A stretch of 64,000 nucleotides of DNA, taken from the NCBI RefSeq assembly GCF_009914755.1, contig NC_060925.1; one strand, given 5' to 3'. This document shows, in pieces, positions 26,382 through 37,259 of the stretch (positions are counted from its first letter, which is position 1; every line of letters starts with the position of its first letter). This DNA comes from the human T2T-CHM13v2.0 reference genome, Homo sapiens. A model generated the notes under the pieces. It did not search any database, was not told where the DNA came from, and saw only the letters and a program-made list of their open reading frames with translations. The position numbers and the translations under genes were made by a program.

Positions 26382-27208
26382 TAACCTTGACTATGCCTTT
26401 GGCTCCAGACACCTTTTTAAGAGTAAATTGCTGGGCAGGTGGGGGAAGGCTAGTCATGGAACGAAACTGTAAGCCGGACCAGTTGTGATGAGGGGAGGTG
26501 ATAAAAAGATTGTAGGGTGGAGGAGCAGAGGCTGAGGAAGAATTGGGACCTAGCTTGGTCTGGAGAGGAGCAGCCTGGGGAGGAAGGGAGAGGTCAGATG
26601 GGTCTGTAGAAAAGGAAGATTAGAAAGACTCAGCGAAGCTTGGGGTTGGCACTGAGGGGACAGGCAGGAGGGAAAGAAGGAAGATTTGGGACGAGTTGCA
26701 CTGGGCACAGAGACTAGGAAGGGACTGATGTGTAAAAGAATGCCTGGACGTCAGGCACCTCAGACCATTTGCCTATTTCACAACAAGAATTATTTAGATC
26801 TTGCAGGATGGAAAAATTCAAAGTGCCATTTTCTGGCTATTTGGAACTACTGTCAAGTTTGTATTGGGGTCAAGTGGCATTGCAGAAGAAAAGGAATTTA
26901 GGTTTTAGGTCAGGTGTGAGTTGAAGAGGTTTTAAGTTTTTGAGAACAAAGGCTAAGGGAGAAGAAGGAGGAATGGAGGGTGGAAGGTTGCCCATAGTGA
27001 AGGAGGCAAACCCAGAGAAGAGAGCATAGAGACATAGAGGGAAGGGGTTCGGGGGTTCTTACCCTCCTGAAAAGTGGGAAGGGGGGTTGGGGCACGGAAA
27101 TAAGGGATTGGGGCACAGAGATAAGAGGTAGGGGTATGGAAATAAGGGATTGGGGCACAGATAAGAGGTTAGGGTGTGGAAATAAGGGATTGGGGGTTCT
27201 TGCCCCCT

Positions 27209-27400
27209 AGAAAAGCGGGACTTGTCGCTAAGGGTGAAGGAGAAGGGGTTGAGAGGTACTTGCCCCTCCCCCAGAAAAGCGGGACTTGGCGCTAAGGGTG
27301 AAGGAGAAGGGGTTGAGGGGTACTTCCCCCTGCCCCAGGAAAGCTGGACTTGCCACTAAGGGTGAAGGAGAAGGGGTTGAGGGGTACTTGCCCCTCTCCT
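27209..27400. repeat. 3 x 64 bp tandem units in the HERV-H leader
   Basis: AG(A/G)AAAGC.GGACTTG..CTAAGGGTGAAGGAGAAGGGGTTGAG.GGTACTT.CCCCT recurring at 27209, 27273, 27337. Confidence 0.85.
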
Positions 27401-28591
27401 AGAAAAGCAGAGAAGGGGTAGAGACAAGGAGAGAAGGGGTTGGGGTACTTGCCCCTTCCCCAGAAAAGCAGAGAAGGGGTAGAGACCAGGAGAGAAGGGG
27501 TTGGGGTACTTGCCCCTTCCCCAGAAAAGCAGAGAAGGGGTAGAGACAAGGAGAGAAGGGGTTGGGGTACTTGCCCCTTCCCCAGAAAAGCAGAGAAGGG
27601 GTAGAGACCAGGAGAGAAGGGGTTGGGGTACTTGCCCCTTCCCCAGAAAAGCAGAGAAGGGGTAGAGACCAGGAGAGAAGGGGTTGGGGTACTTGCCCCT
27701 TCCCCAGAAAAGCAGAGAAGGGGTAGAAACAAGGAGAGAAGGGGTTGGGGTACTTGCCATTTCCCCAGAAAAGCAGAGAAGGGGTAGAGACAAGGAGAGA
27801 AGGGGTTGGGGTACTTGCCCCTTCCCCAGAAAAGCAGAGAAGGGGTAGAGACAAGGAGAGAAGGGGTTGGGGTACTTGCCCCTTCCCCAGAAAAGCAGAG
27901 AAGGGGTAGAAACAAGGAGAGAAGGGGTTGGGGTACTTGCCATTTCCCCAGAAAAGCAGAGAAGGGGTAGAGACAAGGAGAGAAGGGGTTGGGGTACTTG
28001 CCTCTTCCCCAGAAAAGCAGAGAAGGGGTAGAGACAAGGAGAGAAGGGGTTGAGGTACTTGCCATTTCCCCAGAAAAGCAGAGAAGGGGTAGAGACAAGG
28101 AGAGAAGGGGTTGGGGTACTTGCCTCTTCCCCAGAAAAGCAGAGAAGGGGTAGAGACAAGGAGAGAAGGGGTTGAGGTACTTGCCCCTTCCCCAGAAAAG
28201 TGGGACTTGCTGCTAAGGGTGAAGGACCAAGGCAGGCGTCCCTGCATGGTCTGACACCTTTGAAACGTGGGTGAATAATCAGAAAAGCGTCCCTGCAATG
28301 ATTAAACACTAAGGGAAGTTTGCCTTCCCAGTCCGTGACCGGCGCCGGAGTTTTGGGTCCACAGATAAAACGTGTCTCCTTTGTCTCTATGGGAAAATGA
28401 AAGGAATTGAAATTAAGAGAAGGGAGAGATTGAAGTGTGGCGCCAAGATTGAAAGGAGAAAGAGGTTGAGGGATAGTGAGGAAGGTTGGAGAAGAGAGTA
28501 AAAAGAGGCCGCTTACTGGATTTGAAATTGGTGAGATGTTTCTTGGGCTGGTTGGTCTGAGGACCTGAGGTCGTAGGTGGATCTTTCTCAT
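27356..28591 (-). CDS. Putative 411 aa HERV-H leader ORF (ESRG-like) with minisatellite-encoded repeats; translation unproven
   Basis: uninterrupted ATG-started ORF; N-terminal RKIHLRPQVLRPTSPRNISP and C-terminal GASTPQPLLLHP resemble the predicted ESRG/HESRG peptide as I recall it. Confidence 0.3.
   Translation of the reverse strand: MRKIHLRPQVLRPTSPRNISPISNPVSGLFLLSSPTFLTIPQPLSPFNLGATLQSLPSLNFNSFHFPIETKETRFICGPKTPAPVTDWEGKLPLVFNHCRDAFLIIHPRFKGVRPCRDACLGPSPLAASPTFLGKGQVPQPLLSLSLPLLCFSGEEASTPTPSLLVSTPSLLFWGNGKYLNPFSPCLYPFSAFLGKRQVPQPLLSLSLPLLCFSGEMASTPTPSLLVSTPSLLFWGRGKYPNPFSPCLYPFSAFLGKGQVPQPLLSLSLPLLCFSGEMASTPTPSLLVSTPSLLFWGRGKYPNPFSPGLYPFSAFLGKGQVPQPLLSWSLPLLCFSGEGASTPTPSLLVSTPSLLFWGRGKYPNPFSPGLYPFSAFLGKGQVPQPLLSLSLPLLCFSRRGASTPQPLLLHP
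27401..28193. repeat. 13 x 61 bp G-rich minisatellite in the HERV-H leader
   Basis: unit AGAAAAGCAGAGAAGGGGTAGAGACAAGGAGAGAAGGGGTTGGGGTACTTGCCCCTTCCCC starting every 61 bp from 27401 to 28133. Confidence 0.97.
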
Positions 28592-28642
28592 GGAGCAAAG
28601 AGCAGGAGGATGGAGGATTGATCTCCCAAGGGAGGTCCCCCG

Positions 28643-28660
28643 ATCCGAGTCATGGCACCA
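28643..28660 (-). other. Primer binding site, tRNA-His (right copy)
   Basis: reverse complement TGGTGCCATGACTCGGAT, same G>A variant as the left copy. Confidence 0.9.
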
Positions 28661-28662
28661 AA

Positions 28663-29096
28663 TTTCATGCGTGTCCGTGTGAAGAGACCACCAAACAGGC
28701 TTTGTGTGAGCAATAAAGCTGTTTATTTCACCTGGGTGCAGGTGGGCTGAGTCCGAAAAGAGAGTCCGCGAAGGGAGATAAGGGTGGGGCCGTTTTATAG
28801 GATTTGGGAAGGTAATGGAAAATTACAGTCAAAGGGGGTTGTTCTCTGGTGGGCAGGGGCAGGGGTCACAAGGTGCTCAGTGGGGGAGCTTCTGAGCCAG
28901 GAGTAGGAAATTCACAGTGTTAATCACTCAGTTAAGGTGGGGAAGGAACAAATCACAATGGTGGAATGTCATCAGTTAAGGCGGGGCAGGGCCTTTTCAC
29001 TTCTTTTGTGATTCTTCAGTTACTTCAGGCCATCTGGGCGTATATGTGCAAGTCACAGGGGATGCGATGGGTTGGCTTGGGCTCAGAGGCCTGACA
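28663..29096 (-). mobile_element. LTR7-family LTR, true 5' LTR, pointing leftwards
   Basis: reverse complement TGTCAGGCCTCTGAGCCC...CCTATAAAAC...AATAAA...CATGAAA; intact TATA. Confidence 0.95.
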
Positions 29097-29106
29097 GTAA
29101 ATATGA

Positions 29107-29410
29107 GGCTGGGTGTGGTGGCTCACACCTGTAATCCCAGCACCTTGGGAGGCTGAGGTAGGCGGATCACTTGGGGTCAGGAGTTTGAAATCAGCCAGCC
29201 TAGCCAACATGCTGAAACCCCATCTATACTAAAAATACAAAAAAATTAGCTGGGTGTGGAGGTGGGTGCCTGTAATACCAGCTACTTGGGAGGCTGAGGC
29301 AGGGAGAATCACTTGAATCCAGGAGGCAGAGGTTGCAGTGAGCTGAGATCATGCCACTGCACTCTAGCCTGAGTGACAGAGCAAGACTCTGCCTCAAAAT
29401 AAATAAATAA
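29107..29410 (+). mobile_element. Alu (AluS-like)
   Basis: full dimeric Alu with (AAAT)n tail. Confidence 0.9.
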
Positions 29411-30339
29411 TTAAGAAAGCATTCACTTTGTTTGTTAGCCAAATACCTGTTAAGATATTTGTAAAGCAGACATGACTTCCAGTGCTAGTACAACTGTGGT
29501 AAAATAGGTACTCTCAGAATTATGTGTCAACTTTGTTTTTGAGGATATTCATCATGGGCTTATTACTAAGGGCAAAATTGTAGAAACAAATAAAATTTCC
29601 AAAAACAGGTAATTGGTTAAATTACAATATATTTTAAATATCAGAAGATGATATAGGTAGTTTATTAACATTGGAAAATAGTTAAGATACAGGAAGGGAT
29701 GTAAAGATGTGGTGGGAGAGAAGAAAAAAATGCAAAATGTTTGAAATGTTTTTTTCTTTGCCTTTCTGTATTTTCTGAGTTTTTGCAACAGGCATTGATT
29801 TCATAACTAGAAATTAAACACATTACATTACAGATGAATATTTTGTTATAATTAATAATAAGCTCTAATAACAAAGGCGACATCAATATATCATACCTAG
29901 GGGCTGAGATTTTGCTAGGTCTATGGAAAAGCCGCGAGTTGGAGGTGGTGTTGCTGGAAAACTGCTAGTGGGCAGTTATTCTGTAAGGTTAAATAAGATG
30001 GACTCTTGCATTATAGCCATCTGAGAAGCCCATGGTTAGAGTGGTCACCTCTTACGGAACCTGAGGAGGCTGACAAAACATGTGCCCGACTAAAACACTT
30101 CATCAGATCATGGAAAAGAAAGCAGATTTTGGGTTAAATGAGTAATGGAGAACTGAATACGCCCTATCCTCCAGGGAGAAGAGTTGGGAGAGGTTGGAGG
30201 AGGTGTGATTTTAAGTAAGTCTTGGACAAGTCTGAACTTGCCCAGCCCACAGGCAAGCAGGTAGGAGGTTGTTATGCTCCTTCAGGAATCAGGCCTGACT
30301 GAGGCCCTGTCCAGGATGGTGGAAAGGAAGGGCCACCAC

Positions 30340-30700
30340 TAAGAAAGAATTGCCAGTACTTGGGGACTGTTTGAAGGCAGAGGTCAATAAAGAAGTTAAA
30401 GTAAAAAATGATTACAATTTTTGAGTCAGGAGGGGCCAAGAAAATTGTGGAGGCTCTGTCAGAAATGCAGTTAGGAGTGGAAGTAGGTTTTAGGTAGAAG
30501 ATGGAAGATAGTGTGTTTAGTTTTTAATGTAACATTTGAAAAAATGGTAGATAGTTTAATGTTCAGCAGACAAGTGAAAAAATGGGAGAGAGGTTAGGGT
30601 TGGGCACAGAATATATAATTTTAAACTTTGTGGAGAACTCTCAATGCAAATTGAAACTAATTGTCTGTGAACAAAATTACCTCCTGTCACTAATGGCTGA
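30340..30700. mobile_element. L2 fragment
   Basis: purine-rich degenerate L2-like motifs (GGAGAGAGGTTAGGGTTGG...ATATATAATTT). Confidence 0.5.
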
Positions 30701-31544
30701 TAAAGGGATAGATCCCTTATTGTACATAAATTCCATTTTACAAGTGCCATCAGATTTCTAGGCAGCCCAACTCAGAGTTTCTTCTTCTTGGGTGGTGAAA
30801 AGCACTGACTTTGGATTCAGATATTTATAACCTGACCTATGATGGGTTATCATATCCTGGAGATTAGCTTCATATAGGGAAGGCTTTTTACTGCATAAGA
30901 AAGCAAAATCCACTAAATCTCATTACTGAGCTGTATTGTTATTATGAAACTAATTCATTCTGGTGTAGGAGAAATTCCTGTCATCAAAATCTTCAACAAG
31001 ACATCTGTTTCGTTTGCTCCTAACTCCTAATTCCCCAGATCAGAGTAAGGAAGAAGTAAAGGTGAAATCAAATGGATAATCCAAAAATTGCAGTGTTAGA
31101 AAGAATTGTGTAATTTAACAAAGTGACAGACCATTTGTGTTTGTGTACAGCTGCACCTCAAAGAAAGCTTCCTGCTATATTCTCTTTGTTTTAAGTGTCA
31201 AGAGATTTGGCTTCTAGTCTTGGCATCTCCCCCAACAAATTCTGTGATGTTAGATATGTTATTTACTTTCCTCGGAGCTTCTTCACCATTTAGATAAAGA
31301 CTAAAATATCCTATGATCCTAGCTCACAGGAGCAGTATAAAATAAAAGATGTGAAAATACAATGGAACCCATTCTAAGTTTACCCAAATCTAATTCTGGG
31401 TGCAGATTATATTTGCAAAAAAGCATTCTTAAGAACATGCAAAAAAAAAAAAAAAAAAAAGTGAAAAGATGTCAGTGAAAAAAATAAATACTTGGTGACC
31501 CATTTGGAAAGGTGATAGTCCAAAGTAATAATTTTCTTATGAAA

Positions 31545-31598
31545 GTTAACAATTATTTTTAAACAAGGTTTAAGCCTTGTTTAAAAATAATTGTTAAC
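31545..31598. repeat. 54 bp AT-rich near-perfect palindrome
   Basis: 24 bp perfect arms GTTAACAATTATTTTTAAACAAGG / CCTTGTTTAAAAATAATTGTTAAC around TTTAAG. Confidence 0.97.
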
Positions 31599-31994
31599 CT
31601 CAAATTTATGTCTTCACAGATGTGATGACTTCCCTATTCGGATGCCTGCGAGCTTGCACACTCGTGTACGGGCACACACATACATACAGTAAGTAACTAT
31701 GCAGATGGTGTTTCCTGGTATTGACTGCCACTTGCTGTCACTAATTAGTTATGAAATGTGAAGGTAATTCAATTATTATAGCTAATATTACATAAGTCAG
31801 TAAACTGAAGCTAAAGAAGCAATTAGCAATGGTTGACATTTTCTTCAGGAAGTTTGCAATTCAGCTAGTTATATCAGAGCTTTCTAAGAAGCACCTTCTA
31901 ACTCTTTATTTTACCTCTATTTTGAACTTCCTAGAGCCCTTCAATTTTATAATATTCCAGAATCAATATGTAGAAAGCATCATCTTTACCACCT

Positions 31995-32470
31995 CCCACG
32001 AGTTGAACTGTGTCCCCTGCAAATTCATTTGTTGAAGTCATAATCCCCAGTACTTCGGAATGTGACTGTGTTAGGAGATAGTATCTTTACAGAGGTAATC
32101 AAGCTAAAATGAGGTCATTAGTGCAGGCCCTAATACAATAGAATTAATTTATAATTTCCCTTATAAAATAAGGAAATTTGGACATACACATGTGTGTGTG
32201 CATGCACATAGAGAATGCCATGTGAAGATAAAGGCAGAGACCAGGGTGATGCATCTATAAGCTAAGGGGTGTCAAAGGTTGACAGCAACCCATCAGAACT
32301 TGGAAAGAGACATGAAACAGATTCTTCCTCACAGCCCTCGGAGAGAACCAACCCTGATGAGTCCTAGATTTCAGAAATCTAGTCTTCAGAACTGTAAACC
32401 AATACATTTCTATTATTTAAGTCACATGGTTTGTGGTAGTTTGTTATGGAATCCCTAGAAAACTAAACCA
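31995..32470 (+). mobile_element. MaLR LTR (MLT1B/C-like)
   Basis: GTTGAACTGTGTCCCC...AAATGAGGTCATTAG...TTTGTGGTAGTTTGTTATGG...AAACTAA. Confidence 0.85.
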
Positions 32471-32978
32471 GCAACAAATCCTCTTCCCTTGCTTATATAT
32501 TTGCTGAGTAAACTAGCAGAAGACTTTGAAGACCATGTAAATTTTTATTAAGAAAAGTTAATATTGTATGGGTAGTCAAAATCATTTGTGTAGAGAAAAT
32601 CCATTACCAAAGAGACATCTTATTTATAGACTGGCAGCTAAATCAAGATTATTTGGAACATTTTGGTTAGAACAGACTTTTTCAACAGAATTCCAGCAAA
32701 GTAGTATGAGTATGGGCTATGAGCCAGGATATAGAAATAGCTTCATGATAGAGAACAGTGGCTTATATAATGGAATTAAATTACAGCAGCCCCATACTTA
32801 TTTAGATTTTCAATGTGATAACAGAGAGAAAACATCCAGTTTCGTGCCTGGAACAGAGTAGATGTTTAGTAAATAAATCTAAAATCTGAAACTATTGAAG
32901 TTTAGATAAAGTCGCCCAATTTGATTTTAAAGGCATAAATGTTTATAAAAAGCTGTTATATGAAATCTTCTCTGATCA

Positions 32979-33300
<322 letters not shown>

Positions 33301-35227
33301 CATACATACATATATATAGACAGAGAGAGAGAGAGCTGCTAAATATCTTCCATCAGAACACTGAACTAAACTTGTGTATATTATTATCCAGCTCCTTGAA
33401 TACAGCATAAAAGCCTGTGAAATTGGACTCTGGAGTTTCCAGCATGCACATTAACATGGACTGCTAAGGATGACTAAGTCAGGATGTTAGACCTTACTTT
33501 CTTTGTGCTTCTTTTACACATTCTGCATTATTTCTATCATAATTCCCAACATAGCCCACTGTAATTGTTGTGTTTGCGTGTTTTCCTACCAGACTGTAAG
33601 TCCCACAAGGCAATTTGCCTCACTGTTTGTAAATCCAATGCTTAGCATGGTGTCTGTCACACAGAATAACTCAGTACACATGGTAAACATGTCTATATGT
33701 TGAGAAAATAAAGCAACTCTCTCAAACCTTCTGTAGGATAAAAATCGTATCTCATAAAATTTTAGCTGGTTTGTTTTTCTGCTGCAAGATTGTTTCAGAA
33801 GCATGTTACATTAACATTGAAAACTGTAAAACTGCTAGGGCCTTTCCCTATGGTATCTTATTTAATGTTAAAAACAGTCCCAAAGGATAGGGAGGACATT
33901 CTTATTATTTCCATTTGAAAAATGACAGACTGATCCAGAGGAGAAAAATGACTGGCATGTGGTGATACAGATATTTATAGGCTTAATCAATCCCTCAGTG
34001 TTGAGTTCCAATTAAGTTCCTCTGTTTGGGCCATATATGTAATTGATTGTATGGCAATTGATCAGGTAATTTTTCTAAAACAGTCAATAAGACCTCTAAA
34101 ATTCGGGATTTACTGAAGCCCATCCTAGTAGTTTTTGGTTGCCTAATCAAAGAATGAAACCTTCCAAGATAGATTAGAAAAAGAATATTTATGAAGTAAA
34201 AACATCTCATATAAGGCAATACTTCTAGGGACAATATACAATGTAATTGGAATAAGTTATATATTAAAATAAGTTGTACACTGAATATCCTTGTTAACTG
34301 GATTTTTTTCTTGAAGCAGAGCAGCAATGGTAGAAATATGACACATATCAGTTGGGAAAACTGGTATACACATACAGAAGAATGAAATTGGACCCTTATC
34401 TCACACTAAATACAAAAATCAACTCAAAATGGACTAAAGACTTAAACATAAGACCTGAAACTGTAAAACTAATAGAAGAAAACTTAGAGTATAGTTCCAT
34501 GACATTAATCTAGGCAATGATTTTTTTTGGATATGATCCCAAAAGTACAGACAACAAAAGCAGAAATATATAAATGGAATTGTTTTAAACTAAAAAGCTC
34601 TATGTAGCAAAGGAAACAATCAAAAGAGTGAAGAGACACCTTATGGAATGGGAGAAAACATGTGAAGACTTTGCATCTGCTAAAGGGTTAATATCCAAAA
34701 CATATAAAGAACTCAAACAAATGGGCAAATGTCATAAGTAGACATTTCTCAAGACATACAAATGGCCAACTTGTCAGAATGAATATCATAAAAAATATGA
34801 AAGATTACAAGTTCTAGCAAAGATGTGGAGAAAAGGAAACCCTTGCAAACTGTCGGTTGGAATGTAAATTAGTGCAGCCATTATGGAAAACAGTATGGAG
34901 GTTCTTCAACAAATTAAAAATAGAACTACCATGTGATCCTGCAGTTCCACTTCTGGGTATATACCCAAGGGAAATAAAATCATTGTGTCAAAGAGATAGT
35001 TGCACTTCCATCTTTATTGCAGCACTATTCATGAGCCAAGATACGGAATCAACAAAAGTGTCCATCAATTAATGAATGAAGAAAAAAATATGCTGTATAT
35101 ATATATACAATGGAATACTATTCAGCCTTAAAAAAGCAAAAAATTGTATGATTTGTGACAACATGGATGAACCTGGAGGATATTATGTTATGTGAAATAA
35201 GCCGGGCACAGAAAGACAAATACTGCA

Positions 35228-35945
35228 TGATATGGTTTGGGTACGTGTCCCTTCCAAATCTCATATTGAAATTTGATCCCCAGTGTTGGAACTAGGGCCT
35301 AGTGCGGGGACGTGTTTGGGTCATGGGACAGATCTCTCATTAATGAATTGGTCCTGTCCTCGTGGAGTTCTTGCTTTATTAGTTCACTTGAATACTGATT
35401 GTTAAAAAGAGCCTAGAACCTCCCTCCCCTATCTTGGTCCTTCTCTCACCATGTGACATGCTGGTGCCCCTTCTTCTGACACCATGATTGGAAGCTTCCT
35501 GAAGCCTCACCAGAAGCAGATGCTGGTGCCATGCTTCTTGTACAGCGTCCAGAACCGTGACTCAAGTAAACCTGTTTTCTTTTTAATTTTTTTTCTTTTT
35601 TTTTTTTTTTCTTTTGAGATGAGGTCTCACTCTGTCACTCAGGCTGGAGTACAGTGGGACGATCTCAGCTAACTGCAACCTCTGCCTCCTGGGGTCAAGT
35701 AATCCTCTCCATCTCAGCCTTGAAGTAGCTGAGACCACAGGCATGCACGAGCATGCCTGGCTAATTTTTTTGTATTTTTGGTAGAGACAAGGTTTCAACG
35801 TGTTGCCCAGGCTGGTATCGAACTGTTGAGCTCGAGTGATCCACCCACCTCGGCCTCCCAAAGTGCTAGGATTACAGGTGTAAGCCACCACACCTGGCTT
35901 TTCTGTATAAATTATGCAGCCTCAGTTATTTCTTTACAACAAAAT
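35228..35945 (+). mobile_element. MST-family LTR nested in L1, itself interrupted by an Alu
   Basis: TGATATGGTTTGG...CCAAATCTCAT...CCAGAAGCAGATGCTGGTGCCATGCTT. Confidence 0.85.
35585..35899 (-). mobile_element. Alu (AluJ-like) nested in the MST LTR
   Basis: poly-T followed by Alu reverse complement. Confidence 0.9.
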
Positions 35946-37259
35946 GTGGATTCTAAAAAAGTTGAACTAAAAAATAGAGTAGAATAATGGTTACCAGGGG
36001 CTAAGCAGGGGAAAGGGTTGGGAAGATGTTGGTCAAAGGATACAAAATTTCATTTAGACAGGAGAAATAAGTTCAAGAGATCTGTTGTACAACATGGTGA
36101 CAATAACAATGTATTGTATACTTAAAAATTGCTAAGAGGGTAGATTTTAAGTGTCCCCATCACACAAAAAATTAGTATGTAAGGTAATGCAAAGCTTTAC
36201 TTAGCCATTCCACAATGTATACATATTTCAAAATATCATGGTGTACACCATAAATATATACAATTTTATTTGTCAATCAAAAAAATAGGACACATATCAG
36301 TCAGCTCACCTTACATGCTCTACCAATATATTCTCCTCCAAGTTTGTAGGTTAATCTTTAAAGATTTGCTTACAAAGCTAAGCCTGCACAGACATCCACT
36401 GCTCTCAAAGCTCTGTTAACAAGGATAACTTTTGACCCTGGGGTGCCTTGGCAGTTGAACTTTCACAGCAACTGTTGCCAGAGGCCAATTTCTTTCTGAT
36501 ATATAAGTGGAAGGAAAATGTGTTTCAGCATGTTTGAATAAGGTCAGCACTTAAAAACAACTGTACATATACATGTGGGTGCATACATTTAAAAAATATG
36601 TATATACATATGACTGAAACGTGAACAAGGTCAGCCTATAAATATGCATAGATATATTTCATGTGTGCAGTTATACATGAAGGAGATATGGAAGGAGTGG
36701 GGGCACCATTTCATGGCACTGATGCTATGGTGGATGTGAGACTTCCCCTAGGACTATCTAAAACATGAGGTTGCTCATATGGTATGTTTTCTAGATCCTA
36801 AAAACACTTCCAGTCACCAACACTTCCCTGAGTGTCTTATTGTCATAAAATCATTATTTCAACAGAGTCTTACATAGGTGTATAAATTTAACAAAGACAG
36901 TCAATTTTTATGGAATACTTGTATGTGCTTTAGAATCATTCACTCATTTAATCTTAAAATCACACTCTGAAGTTAACACCATCAGAATCTTCATTTTGCC
37001 AATTAAAAAAAAAAAAAAGACAAACTTGAACCCAGCAAAGCTGCCTACAGGCGCTGGTGTGCTTAAGCACAGCACAGCCTGCTGCCATGACAGAGGGCTT
37101 CCTGGAAGGGTAACTTTCTCTGTCACTAACATACACTGCCCCAAAGTGGATTAGGTTGTTAGTTATCAAAAAGGGTTCTGACCAAATGACAAGAGGAGAA
37201 TATTTCAGTAGGTAAAGAAAAGCTTAAAATATTTTGTGGAATAATGTACTTACACTCAA

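Larger units (their letters stand above)
22355..29096 (-). mobile_element. HERV-H provirus with inverted terminal architecture: internal gag-pro-pol-env remnant on the minus strand; 3' LTR replaced by an inverted 5' LTR-PBS-leader
   Basis: LTR7-family LTRs at both ends in opposite orientation, tRNA-His PBS inside both, gag/pro/RT remnants in ORF track, putative TSD GTTAA (22350-22354) / GTAAA (29097-29101). Confidence 0.95.
34353..36285 (+). mobile_element. 5'-truncated L1MA-type element with nested MST LTR and Alu
   Basis: ORF2 C-terminus ([16 protein letters not shown]) and 3'UTR; TSD GACACATATCAGT at 34340-34352 and 36289-36301. Confidence 0.9.

Noticed and set aside
27401-28193. CRISPR-like array
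   Set aside because: Units are contiguous tandem copies with no unique spacers, and the context is a eukaryotic ERV
22355-29096. Inverted arms as an assembly artefact, or two unrelated head-to-head proviruses
   Set aside because: Arms differ by about 3% (not an exact echo) yet share unusual variants and a near-matching 5 bp flank; disfavoured but not fully excluded
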